A stretch of 63,356 nucleotides of DNA, the filler included, from Lenisia limosa (lineage: Eukaryota; Protista; Breviatea), in the NCBI GenBank assembly GCA_001655205.1. It is 19 parts of 19 records of this genome, joined end to end, with 100 filler letters (N's around TTAATTAATTAA, not from the genome) between each part and the next. Parts side by side here need not be neighbours in the genome. Positions count along the whole stretch, not along the records: positions 32,381 to 35,525 come from LPNZ01002952.1; positions 35,626 to 45,977 come from LPNZ01005874.1; positions 46,078 to 48,953 come from LPNZ01006429.1; 16 more parts are not named here. The stretch is one strand, 5' to 3'. Position numbers and translations under genes: made by a program. The notes below the pieces were generated by a model that had not been told where the DNA came from, ran no database searches, and saw only the letters and a program-made list of their open reading frames with translations. Below are positions 32,722-46,183 of the stretch, one piece after another (the stretch's first letter is position 1; each line of letters opens with the position of its first letter).

Positions 32722-35499
32722 AGATCAGCATAGTCAACGTCTCTGCACGGGCCTGGATGCTGGGAGGAGACACGATACGAAGTCTCAAAGCTTGGAGCAC
32801 CAAGGCTATATGCGAAGGGTCACCTAGTTTGTTAGGCTGGCGGGAGAGGTCACCTAGTTTGTTAGGATGTTTGTCAGGATGCTGTTTGTTTAACGGTGCT
32901 GTGGATAGGTTTCATCTTCAGAAGAAAAGGGCTTCACTCAGGTCAGGTTAGAATATCGATAGTTTACGAGTTCAGAATTCAATTCGGTTATTGTACCAAA
33001 GTGAAGCTGTACTTCAGAAAAATCAAATAAGGCTTGCCAAGGTCCCGGTCATTAAATATATGAAAGATCCCTATGAAAATAGTGTATTTTTTTTATAAAC
33101 GAAGGGAGTTAGTAAATCCCCGCGCTTACACTGGGAGTCAATGAGGTCCAATTGCAACGCCGCAATATCCAAATCCGGTAAGACGTTTCCCTCTAAAGGT
33201 GGGCCGCTGAGCGCAATCAAATCTTCCACCTACAGGATGTTAGTTTAGGGGAGTAAAATTGGAAAATTAAATATAGCTTGTACTACATATCGATATACAG
33301 TGATAGTGACCGAAATGTCACTCCTGAGGGAAATCGGATTTTGGACCTTTCAAACATTTTGTAAGTTACCCTACATTTATGTTTTCAAAATAATTTTGAT
33401 TAGTTATGAATTAAGTGAAGGATTCATTAAATTATGTAAAATATACCAATTTTAGTGAAATTTAGATCAAAGCTGCTGCACAGCGATTGGAGGGAATTGA
33501 ATCAATCAACTTTTTGACTTCTTCCAACATACAGCCCATTTTAGAAAATTAACTTAGAAAAAAAGTCAAGTATCAAGAAATAAGAGCTTAAGTAGGAGTG
33601 ACCTCAGTTTAGTTCATGAACTGAACTTTTAATTCACGTTTTTTGAATAATCCCATTCACTAAATTTCACTAAAATCGGTATATTTTCCATAATTTAGTG
33701 AGTCCAAACAAATACATTTCTCTGAGGAATTATAAATGTTGGGTCAAAAGCATTTTAATGCATATTTGAATAATAATAATAGGTCCAAAATCCGATTTCC
33801 CTGCAGGAGTGACAGTTCGGTCACTATATAACACGATCACTCTATATATCGTATATGAAAAAACAAAAACATTCAAAAACAACCTTTCACTGTATATATT
33901 TTAGATGTAAAAACAACAAAATTCAAAATCCTAGTTGTGGGGGGGGATTAGAAAATTTGTGAAACAAAAAAAAGCCCAAAATCAACTCTGTTGGCTGACG
34001 ACACAGAGGGTTGATAACAACAAAACANNNNNNNNNNNNNNNNNNNNNNNNNNNNNNNNNNNNNNNNNNNNNNNNNNNNNNNNNNNNNNNNNNNNNNNNN
34101 NNNNNNNNNNNNNNNNNNNNNNNNNNNNNNNNNNNNNNNNNNNNNNNNNNNNNNNNNNNNNNNNNNNNNNNNNNNNNNNNNNNNNNNNNNNNNNNNNNNN
34201 NNNNNNNNNNNNNNNNNNNNNNNNNNNNNNNNNNNNNNNNNNNNGAAGAATATCAGTATTGAGGTTAGCATTAATCAGGGCTTCGTGAAATTGATTGAAA
34301 AATTAATTGAAAAATTTTAAGTAAAACATTACATATAACCTCCATTTCAGACACTTTAATTACAAAACAATGTCATTTAATTCAAAAAAAAAAAAAGAGA
34401 ACGGAGCAATATATAAGGTTATAACTGGCAGAAGCCGTCCACACCATCACGCTTACATACAAGAGATATATACAGTTTAATTCACCCAATCGCCTGACAA
34501 CTTTGTGAATTCTTCTGTCTGCATGCCTCCCCAGCATATTAATTCACCCGATTCTGTGCTTTGAATCCCATATACCGCGACATTTCCTGAGACGCTATCT
34601 TGGTAGGCATCATAAACGGTCCGAAGCGTCAGAAGGGCGTCCTGGTATGCGGCCTGGGATTCGGATACGCTTCTGTCTAACTTCATATTGGCCTGGGGGG
34701 TAAAACAAAGAAAATTGCGATGAAGAATATTGGCGTAGGGGGGGGAGAGTTTGAAAATATATTAGGCATATCAATTATTAATAAGGAGAAATAAAAACAG
34801 GTTGTATCTGGCCTATTAAGAGATTTTGGAAAACAATAACAACACAATGTGTGGAAAAGAGAGCCCAACGAAAGCTAACTCAAAAACAATAATTTTTTAA
34901 TCAATTGCACAGACCCCTGATATTTTGGCAATCTTGTCAGGACTTATCGCGGTCAATGCATGTATAAATGCTTGAAGTGAGATCTATCGTCATGGGAACT
35001 CCATTTCAGACACTTTAATTTCAAATTTTATAAATATATGTTCCTAGTGAGGTTTCTGATCGTCAATTAGTGTCTATTTTCCTCTTTTAGTCTTTCAGTT
35101 CAATTGGAGGTCTTCAAAAAACACCACCCCAAAAAATTTGTTTGGGTTCATTATTGTCCAACCACCTGATCTTGAGTGGACAAAAACAAAATAAAAGAGT
35201 TACCGCTTTGGAAGTGGAGACACTTACAAAATATAAAGCTCAAGATCCATATAAAGACTTATCGCGGTCAGTCTACATTACTGCAAACACACAATCATGT
35301 ATAAAAGAGAGCCCAACTAATAAAGACCGGGATACGTCTTGACCTATTTTCCTTGGGGAATCATAAAGCAAATCGATCAAGACTTATCTCGTTCACTGTC
35401 CGTACAATGCAAACACACCTCATCCAGGGCTCTTTCCAGGGAAATGATGTGACGATCCACTTCTCTACGGGATACTAGAGATGGGTCGGATTCTGAGGA
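32722..35499 (-). CDS. Hypothetical multi-exon protein, partial
   Basis: Exons SSESDPSLVSRREVDRHIISLERALDE, RSVSESQAAYQDALLTLRTVYDAY...NVA, VEDLIALSGPPLEGNVLPDLDIAALQLDLIDSQ and DPSHIALVLQALRLRIVSPP...TMLI; the last three join in phase. Confidence 0.65.
33304..33826. mobile_element. About 520-bp foldback/TIR element
   Basis: TIRs of about 45 bp (TAGTGACCGAA.TGTCACTCCTG.AGGGAAATCGGATTTTGGACCT, 33304-33348 versus 33781-33826), plus an inner inverted pair near 33440-33468 and 33659-33688. Confidence 0.85.
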
Positions 35500-36635
35500 C
35501 TGTCGCGGTGAGGGGGGGGGGGGGGNNNNNNNNNNNNNNNNNNNNNNNNNNNNNNNNNNNNNNNNNNNNTTAATTAATTAANNNNNNNNNNNNNNNNNNN
35601 NNNNNNNNNNNNNNNNNNNNNNNNNCATCTGTAGATTATCCGAAGTGTGGACCGAAGGAAGGAATTTTTTTTGAAGGATTTTATGCTATATTATGATGAT
35701 TTCTAATATTATTATTAAATTATGTATTTAAAACAGGGTGTGTAAGGAAAAGCCAAACATGTGCTGTTTGGTTATGTTGTTAGTACCCCCAGGTTAATCT
35801 CTCGAAATGTTGTTTCAAACCACAACCAACAACTTTCACAATTCACAACACAAAGAAAAATGTATATGTATGTATAAGGTCAGAAAAAAAAATAGGACAG
35901 GCAAACAGAAGAACTGGAAGGTTAGGCAAAATGACCAGGTAGAGTCGTTTCCCCAAGCCCCCTCTACCATCTTTGTGTCGAATTGAAGGTTAACAGCTGC
36001 TTTTGAGGGCATCCGGAGAATGCAATAGCATGGGGACTCCAACCCTCGCGATCCCTTCCGGAGGCCATTCATCATCGAAGATCTCAGCTAAGCAATCAGT
36101 CCACTCCACAAGCTCCTCATTTCAGACACATGGCACATCAAACTCGTACGAGCCTAGCGAGGTTTTTTCTCCGCAGATCATCTCCCGAGCTGCCCTACGA
36201 CAATGCTTCATCTGGACACTCATCCTCCTCATCGAGCTCAGGTTCTCAAGCCATATTTGGGTTGGTGGCGTGTGGGCGGATTGAGAGGATTGGTGGGGGT
36301 TTGAGATGGCTTCGTTATGATTTTGATTCTGTTCTGAGACTGCATTCACATATTCATCGGGCCTCCGGTCCCTTTTAGGCCTCGTTCGGTTATGAACCAG
36401 GGCTTTCCGACAAAAGCTAGTATATCATATGATATACATGTGCAGTAACTGTATTTATGCTTAACCGATTTCTCTAAATGAAATTTGAATTATATAGGTC
36501 AAGACTTACCAAGGGGACTGAAATGTAGTATTTGTATAATATATACTGGCTAGTTCCTAATATTTCTATTTGCAAGTCTAACCGCCCCTTCTCTCCTTTC
36601 AACCATGCTTCTCAAAGTTCCTTCTCACCTTACAG

Positions 36636-39600
36636 TCAACAATGCTGATCGTGTGCCTTATCCCCCTCTTGGCCATCTTGATGCTCACAGTCTTCATCCT
36701 CACCATGGAGGCAGTTAGCAGTGACAGACTCAAGGGCGTCCTTATTTGGTTGTGGCCCCTCCAGGTTTGCACGGGGTATAAATGGTTTATGGAGCGGGTA
36801 GTTATTGTAGGGTGGGGGTAGAAAGTAATGTAATATGCTTTGATTGAGGGCTTATATCTGAATTCTCTCTGGTCATAGTTTTCATGACATTTAGTAGCTA
36901 TGAATTTCCGCAAGTATAAAAAGGCATTTTAAGTATCTCGCCACTCTGACTGACTCAGATTGTCTTAGTTGCTTGTTGGATGCTGTTTTCAGGTGCAGTT
37001 GAGTCTCCAGGTTGGCAAAACGAATGAATATTGTACTGCTATTATCCGGTATTGACGGCTTCAGTAGATACTGTTAGCCCATATCTCTTATAAGCGTGAT
37101 GGTGATGACGGCTTCAGTAGATAATACCTTGTTGTACAGTGACCAGGATAAGTCTTGACCGATTTTCCTTGGAAAATCATGAGCAAATCGGGCAAGACTC
37201 CTGGTCACCATATTTTCCCATCTCTACATATGATGCACTCAATGGATTCTGGTGCTTTATTTTTAATCAAGGTTCACTTTTGTGATCATTAGCCACCAGA
37301 CAGTATTTGGTTATCACTTTTATAGGCTACATCTACGTCGCGTTTTACCCGATTATGCTTGCAAACATGCCGCTTCCCACCGTTCGCTTCTCGGAGTGGG
37401 TACACTTGGGCTCAGAGCGACAAAACGCTATTAGATATCAAATATCATGTAATATGATATCATACATATTGTATACATTCATATTATTGTTTTTGAGCTC
37501 TGTTCGCAAATACATGTCCTAAGCTATGATACTCACCAGACCATTTACTCTACATACATGTATGATACATTCTTGAAGTATATACCAAAAGAACGCGCCT
37601 CATTTCTTTAGAATGAAAATCTTCACTGTTTTGATGGAAGTGGGTTTGGATGAATTGGTGATAAGACACAGCATGTTTTGATACCCAGGCATATAATACA
37701 TAAATTCTGGAACTGAAGTGAAATCCTTGTTCAATATGGTCACCGATACAATATTGACATTATTGAGGATTTGTAGAAAATATATGTCTTTTTTAGGAAT
37801 CCGAAAAGCAGCCAGGTCAATTTTCTGAGCTGGTCGCCTGCTTTCACATCTCAGATGGCCACACTGGGCTACTCAGCAGTGATTGTGCTGAACCGAAGGA
37901 ATTCCGTTAGCCTCATTTTCTTTGCGGCCTGGTTTTTTGTGTTTGGAATGGTGTGGGGGTTCATGTTCTGAATATAGAAAAGCATATGATTTCATAGTAG
38001 TACACCTTGTTCTTGGTTCGCTGTTTTTAACAAGCATTTCATATCCATTCATTCATACACACATATGATATGATATGATAAATTTTCTTAAAAAAAAATA
38101 GGCAACTTTTCTCAATTGCCTCTACAATTAGAATGATATAATACATATGATATGCATATATTATATGTATGCAATAATCCAGTAACTCTGATACGCGTGG
38201 TGTGGACGGTTTCGGCCAGATACAACCTTATTTTTTATTTCTCATTGCTATATCTGCTTTGCTCTTCTAACCGTTATGATATTCCTTTGTGTCATTTCTA
38301 TATCCCTTGACTTTTTCTCAAAGCAAAATAACCAATCCTTCAGTTCACAGCTCTCAATATGGCCTATATTGTCCTTCTATTCCAGCTGCAGCAGAATACC
38401 AACTTGATACAGAGACGTCGTAATCAGGTGTGTTATGCTTCACGTTGTCAGATCTACTATCAGGATACCGAATATCAATGGGAACACCGCAGGTTAATGA
38501 CCATACTATTCATATTTCAGGTTAATGTACAAGCCGTACGAGCGGCTAATTTGGTTCACTCTATATTGCCTCCTGCCGCGCTATCAAATCTAATAGAGGT
38601 TCGAGGGCCCATGGTCATAAATGGCAAATATGCGTTCATTTTGTTGACGACACAGCCTTACATGTTTCAACATGTGGCCGACTAATCCATCCTTAAGTAC
38701 ATGCAATATAATACCTATGATTACTCTCAATTGTTTTCACCATTTTAGAGTGCAATTGATACCTCAACAGTGCTGACGGAAATTTCGATCATATTCTTTG
38801 CTTTTAACTTTGCTGAAGACCAGTAGGCGTGTAGTGTGATGTACATAATAATAGCAAGATTATATTTATGGTCCGAAAAAGACCGGCTAAATTTCGATAT
38901 TTATCGATGATTTATCGGGTAATTCGGTCTTTTTTGGGACCGTAGGGAAGCCCTAATTATATTAGGAATGGAATGGATAATTATTATGATTAGTACCAGC
39001 CCTTTCACCTCTCCACTCCTAAATGCTCCTCACCACCCGCGTTTTTGTCTTTCATACATTTTGCCAACATAATTTTTATTTTTCACCCCTCCCCCCTTTT
39101 TACCCCCTAAGTGGCACACCCCTCGCTTCCGGCCGGTCACACAACCCGCACCAGGCCGCTCTGCATTTCAAGGCAAATTCTGCTGCGGTATGCCTGCGGC
39201 TTCTTACACGATGAAACATCCCGCGTTTGACAGCTCTCAAAATGTACCATCCTCACTTTTTAGTCCTTTAACTTTTTAGTCCCTAGCAATCCTCACTTTT
39301 CAGTCCCTTGGAAGTCATCGGAGCAAGTCCATGATTTACTCCCCAAGTCACACGCATCTCATTGAGGCGTCACCCTCGATTTTTTCGGTCAAAGTATGAG
39401 CTTCTGTGACTTTTTTCAACATATTTTCTGAAACTTTTATTGGATGGTATCATAGTAAGACGAAGATGCTCTACAGCATTGCTACAGATTAGCCCTTCTC
39501 ATCTGACCAGGCCGATTTGAGATCTTCAGCCCACGACCTTTTCACCAAAATCAAAACTGTTTTTGAGACAATGGACACGGTAGGGACACAATGATCCCTA

Positions 39601-42600
39601 TGAATTAGCAAATTACATTATCATATCATGTTAAGTATCTAGTCTTTATCTAAAAATGTAGCCTTTTTCCGAACTAATAGCTATAGTTGCTGAACCACCA
39701 TCCTGCTGCTTTCAAAGTCCACAACATGGGCTCTCAGTGGGCATGTGGATATGCTTTCTATACCCTCCTACCCTTTTATTTCTTTTCTCCTTCTCCCCAA
39801 ATTAGTTCCACTCTCATATTTGTAGATACGCTGTTGCTTTTGGTGTTCTGCAGCCTGTTGTTAATGTGGGTTGGGCCAAGGGCTTTACTTCAATCGAAAA
39901 AACCCGTTAAAATATCGTTCATTTTCGAGTTTATCGAGATATTTGCACTAGTTGTGCCCGTTACTTTCCTTTGAAGAACAGAATTAACAGTGCTATTGTA
40001 CCAACGTGGATGTATCATTATACTTGTTTAAGAATTTTTAATATGGAGGCAGGTCACTTTGTACATGTAATATATAATATAACCCTGCGTATAACATTGC
40101 TTAGTCCTAAATTTGTGTTTATAAATTAATTCTAGATATATATACCAATTTATTTTAGTCCACGGAGTTTTGTATGAACCTGTTGTTAGACGTCTACACC
40201 AGAAACCACTTTCCTAATATGGAAATCAGGGTAGGCTTGTATTTTTATTGGTTCCGTAATTACCTTTTAGGCTGGATTGCATTTTGGGGAGTTGACAAGT
40301 GGAGTGGTTCGAAGAATCCACCCAGAGTTCAAGGTTCGCTTTTTTGTCTTTTTTTTTTAGAAATCATGTTTCCACGTACTACTTCATCTGGCCTATTCAC
40401 ACCTTATTTATTACTCACGAATATACGCCTTGTTGCTTTGGAATGAATTAGAAAGTTCTATAAGTCATATTGTTTGTTTTTATATTAAAACGAGACAAAT
40501 CATTCATTTATACTTATCATGATCCTTTGGTAAAATGTTCCACACTGTCTCACGTTCCCAGCTATTTGGCCCTGTCCTGGGATATGCATCTCAACTCTGC
40601 AACGCAGCATCTTGGTGGGGTGCAGTGGCCAGCTCGAGCTTCTATCACCGCTGTGAAATGAGCCGCTCGTACTTCAAGACTCAAAGTGGGCACTGTTTTT
40701 TAGGGCCTTACTAGTCAAGAAAGACCGAGATGTATCAATATTTTCCGTTGGGTTTTTGACCTTAGTTGCCATTTCCATTTTATCTTGCGGAAGATCGAAT
40801 TGAAATTTGGTTCTTTGCATGCATCTCACTATTCCAGCTTTTGTTATGATCAAAAACTTTGGTGAACAATTATGCCACCGAATGTCTCCTGAAACCAAGT
40901 GAGTTTGAATTGTTTGGTGCGGTGATAGATTAATGGGGTGATTTTATGAAGACGACCAATTCTGAGAGTTGCGTCCATAGTTCACCACTTTCCCAACTGT
41001 TAACTCTTTAGACAAAACCCAACCATATTAGTCCCTGATGGTTTGTGGGGTTCAAGTGTGTAAATCCCTATATAGATGGATCGTTAGAATAGTTCATACA
41101 ACACCATTTTACATCCCCAGAGCATCACCAGCTGAATACTGAGTCGGACGACGAATTTGAACATTTGGTGAGCAAATGAACTACCTTTGGCCTGTCTCGT
41201 GTTGGGCTGTTTTATGTACTACTTGATTTGTGCCAATACGGCTGAGACAGTCTTCTTTGTACCTAAGTCGCATATCACTGGGACAACATGTACCAAATAG
41301 AAATAATATTCTAGAGTGCAACATTGATATTTTGAGTATTTCTCGTGGAAAAATATACTGCTATTTGACCATTTACAGAACAATGAATCCAGCCGAGGCT
41401 CGCTATACGCAGCGAAGCCCAAGTGAGGGGATTGTTCAGTAGTATCGGATAATCTAGCTAGACAATGTAGCTCTCATCTATATTCAAACTTTTTTTTTCT
41501 TTCTGCATCCATCCTTGGCAAAATGAACTCCTGAACCGAAGTTCTTTTTTTTTCAATTATCTGGACTTACTCTACAATTGGATTCCGGCCTCAAAATCCA
41601 AATGCTTGAAGCTGATTTTAGTAGATATTACACCTCTTCACTCTTCAGGGTATCCACGTCCACTGAACACCTGGACCATTACGACAGTTACAACTACGTG
41701 GGGGCCGAAGTCGCCACTGTGGGTAGTTTGATCAACTTATTATATTGAAATCAACTATGAAATAAATTCTATTATTTCGGAAATTTTATTTGTTTTCAAT
41801 TAATAGTAATTGGTTTAAATAATTAAGTGGACAGTCCTTGTGGCTTGTGTGGCGTCAATCGGTTTTGGCGTGTAAAACTGGAATAATACTGACTGGGTCT
41901 AGTCGTCCCATAGTTCAAACCAGCATCTGACTCTTCCTTACCAAACTAATCAGGTTTGCTGGCGGTACTCTTTTTTGGTTTATTTAAATGCACATTAACT
42001 GTAATTATCCATGGATCTGCAGATTATTTCAAAATAGGCTAATTTCCGTCTAGGAAACCCAGCCTATTTTGCCAATTTCATCCGGCCATGACAAGCGAGT
42101 TAGCTATGTTCCAAAATTGGGTTAGTAATTTGCAGTAACTTCATAAAATTGCCATCTTCATCAACCTTTTGTTGGCCTCAAAAGAACCTGTAGTTACTCC
42201 CATTTCTTATGCTCATTCGCAACTCTGGCATATCCACAGGAATTTTTTCAATCCATCAAGATATTTTGACGTTCACTACTCTCCATTCCATCATTATATC
42301 TTGGCATACATCACCCCCATATTCTCGAATATCCCATCAGTTAACATGCCCCATTCTGACATCCACAGGACCTCCCGAAGACATTGAGTCGGTTGGAATG
42401 AGGCCCTTCCACTACAAGAACCTTGAGAACGACTACTTGGAGTTTATAAACGCTAAAAACAGACCGTTGCTGGTGAGCTGCGGTAATAGAATTTTGATTC
42501 AAAGGGCAACAGGCCCTCACTGTTTGTTTTTAAACAAAGAGAAAAACAGAAATCAAATACTACATAAAAGCAGCCCCACATAGTTCAGTTGAAAGCTATG

Positions 42601-45600
42601 CACATAGTACTCTACTGTCGACCTCACGTCTGACGTTGTGAAATAATTATTGTTGTTTTATTCTTCCCTGGGCTTTGTTTTGTGTCTCACCTGTGGTGTA
42701 CCAAACAAACATGTACAGCCACCCCTTTATTCACACATGCAGCGAGTCTTTGGTGTAATTGTATTCTCAATTGGGATGCTGGCGTTCTTCCAACTGCTGC
42801 TCATGGAACCCGAGGAGGTTGTTGCTGTACCTATTGGTAAGTAGAGACCGTTTTCTAAATATATCTCATCATCATATACCACATTATGCATGTATCTCAA
42901 TAATATATTCGTTTGCTGGCTCATGTGGTGTGTGTGTGTGTCTAATATGAAAACAGCTTGTATACAGTACGATTTCCCACAAGGTGGGCCTGTTTGCCTT
43001 TCCTTGAGCCTGACTTCATGTAGGGTATGTTATAATGCTGACGATTATCGGTACCATTATGTACACGTCAAATAATATTGAATTGCGCCCTGAGGTAGGT
43101 ACTGTGTGGAATTCAAAATAAATGGAGGGCTATTTATAGTAAAAATATTCCGTGTTCTGAGAGTTTGTCGCTTGAGGGTTAGACATGTTTGATGCTTTAA
43201 AACAAGAAGAGAAGAAATCTGATGATATTAAATAGTTTGGGATAATGGAACCAACATAGGGATATTATTATAATATTGCCTGTTACCTTTTCATATTCAG
43301 GTGATGCGGAAGGTGACGCTCTTCGTATATATTCTTCTGATCATTTACTATCCCTTTGCTGTTGAGTACCACATCACGTAGGTGGAAAAAATCGGTTTGT
43401 GATGCTCTTGTTTGACTCTAATGCGTCTGTCAGTATCGTATTATGCACAAACTTTGATTTTTAGATCCTATTAATTTTAGGAAACTCAGCATCTTATAAA
43501 GCAAACAAAAAAAATCGGTTTCATGCACTTTAGACTGACGGGATACCGAACGCAGATTGTCGGTTTTATCATTGTCGAGCCGTTGTCGTTCCTCTTCTTT
43601 GCCTGCATAATCATGAACCGCTATCGGGTTGAAGAAGTGGGCTGAGGGCCAAGGGGGTTGTGTTGTTTTAAATGAAGGAATGAGTGTTTCTTTTTGTTGA
43701 AGCCTCCAATACACTCATATGATGCATCAGGAACTGTTTCGATAACTCAGCTCTTTATTTAAAATGAAGCCTTGGTCACACCGTTTAGTTCCAGCTTCTG
43801 TGTGTGGAGCTCTTCACGGGGTCAGTAGTGCTTATCCTCTACGGAGCCCAGTGGCTCCACATCATCCTCTATTGTTGGGGGGGGGGGGCNNNNNNNNNNN
43901 NNNNNNNNNNNNNNNNNNNNNNNNNNNNNNNNNNNNNNNNNNNNNNNNNNNNNNNNNNNNNNNNNNNNNNNNNNNNNNNNNNNNNNNNNNNNNGAAGTAA
44001 AATTGTATTTGGGGCTTTTTTTATTGGTAGACTATATCACGTATATCGGGTCAGAGTAGCCTAAGTGGGATAAAACTATGAACTAAATTAAGCAGAAGCG
44101 ATTACTTCGGGATCAAGTGCTTTTTTGTTATGTGTTCTGCCACCCTGTACCTGTGGTGGAACAAAAATCATTCCCTTGAATTAATTACCCCCCCCCCAGG
44201 TTTATTGATACTCCTGGGGTTCCGCTCCTTCATCTCCCAAGCCCATTTGATGGATGGCGGGCTGAGAACCGCTTTCATACTCCATCGCGACCTTCAGACC
44301 TACCTTGACTCCTCCACTGATATTGTGGGTAGGGCTTCCCTTAGGTTCAAAAAAAAAGACTGAGTTTGTCGATAAATCCTCGAAAACTATCGATATTTTA
44401 CCAACTCAAACCGAAGGAAAACCAATCAACAGATTCTCTTTTGAAGAATCCTCCACTTTTTAAAGTAAAACACCGAATTCCTTGAAATTGAGATTTTCAA
44501 CCCCTCTGACCGCATAGCTGCTCACCCTCCTTCCATTCCATATTGTCACTGAAATGATCTACGCCACTGGTGGTCAAGCCTTGGGTCACCAAACGGCGGA
44601 CGTCTTCGAGAACATTTCCGTCATGCGGGTAGGAAGCGCCGGGTTCTAAATGTCGAGAAAGCCCCGATAAACGTCGAGATACGCCCGTCTTATGGTTAAG
44701 ATACTATGAAGAAAATGATGACTGTATTCTCGGGGGTTTTAAATGGATAATTATATGTCATACAATATGATATACTATATAACTATATAATTACATATAT
44801 TATACATCATATATTATGCATATCATATATTGCGCTATATCATGCCTTAATGGAATATAATTTATCATGTGGCATGTGGGTAGGTCTGCTGTGTTCCTAT
44901 TTTGCGTTTCGTATAATGAAGATATTTCTTGCTTCTATTATTTTTTTTTTTGCATAATTACTAGTACATGCAACAAATACACATTTCTGTTTACTCGTTT
45001 CATTTCTCATTTTGCTATGTTCTCACTACTATAAAATGAGCTATTTTCTGTACCATTTTTAGCCATGTTTTTGACTCAAACCAGGCCGATATTGAGTCAT
45101 TCTCAGCCCTCCTGGCCACACTCACCACAAGACAAGTACGTTGGGTTGCCAACCTACCCTGAATAAAATGGGTCATAGTTAAAGGCTTCACTTTGGTTCG
45201 GGAGAATATCGATTGTTTTCGAAAATTTATCGAGGAATTCTGTCTTTTTTTTGAATCGAAGTGAAGCCCTAGTCATAGTACGTACACACTCTTCTCGCCA
45301 CCACTGCTGCTCCTCAAGCCGTCTTCACCACCCAGATCAGCGGTGTGATTTCAGAAGTATTTGACACCTTGGACCTCGCAGTCAACCGTTTGGACTGCCA
45401 TTATATCACGGCCATTGGAGGTACGCCAAGGGGTGATGAAGAGACTGGTGAACTATATCTTTAATGTCTTGCTTTTTCATTTTGTTTTTTGAGTTTTGTC
45501 TCAAGAACTATTTAAGTGGGTCACAGAGCAGAATAAAGACGGCCTTTGTAGACACGAGAAATGTTGAACGATTACAGTTTTTGATTATGAAATATATCAA

Positions 45601-45937
45601 CTAAACTGCCGTCTCTTTTCACATTTCAGACTCTTATTTAGCCGCTGCTGGAATCCCCTACACCAACAAAGACCACATTAATGCCATTACTGGTTGGCTT
45701 ATCTATGGATGTTTTAATAAATTGCTTTGCTCTCTTACCAGTGCACATATGATATTTAACATATTGATGTGAGAGAACCTGCTTTACTCTATTATATCAT
45801 AACATTATGTGTTAAGAACATTACTCACACCACCACAGCACTGGGCCTGGTTTCTGTCATAGCAATCAATCATCTTCGGCCTCTGTTGGCACTCTTTAAT
45901 GTTCCGAAGGTTGAATTACGAATAGGAATCGCCACCG
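36636..45937 (+). CDS. Multi-TM class III nucleotide cyclase with two cyclase-homology domains, partial
   Basis: TM exons, then ANLVHSILPP...ISIIFF...FETMDTLLNHHPAAFKVHNMGSQYAVAFG...EIRAGLHFGELTSGVV...LFGPVLGYASQL. A second TM block follows, then LLTLLPFHIV...ENISVMRADIESFS...EVFDTLD...ITAIGDSYLAAAGIP...ELRIGIATG. More than 25 exons. Confidence 0.9.
37137..37210. mobile_element. MITE family D copy
   Basis: TA|CAGTGACCAGGATAAGTCTTGACCGATTTT...AAATCGGGCAAGACTCCTGGTCACCA|TA. Confidence 0.8.
45180..45271. mobile_element. MITE family A copy with perfect 8-bp TSD
   Basis: GTCATAGT at 45172-45179 and 45272-45279. Confidence 0.92.
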
Positions 45938-46183
45938 GTGGGTGGGTAGATGTGAATGGGGGTAGGGGGGGGGGGGGNNNNNNNNNNNNNNNNNNNNNNN
46001 NNNNNNNNNNNNNNNNNNNNNTTAATTAATTAANNNNNNNNNNNNNNNNNNNNNNNNNNNNNNNNNNNNNNNNNNNNGCTCTTAATGCTACTTTAGGACC
46101 AACTACACCGCGCGCAATCCTTTCCTCATTTCCATCTTTAGACCCCCATTAGACCCCTCCACCCACCCATTAGGCCCAAGTAC

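Noticed and set aside
36003-36378. Three overlapping ORFs as separate genes
   Set aside because: Probably one frame is a 5' exon of the cyclase gene, but the frame cannot be determined, so none was annotated.
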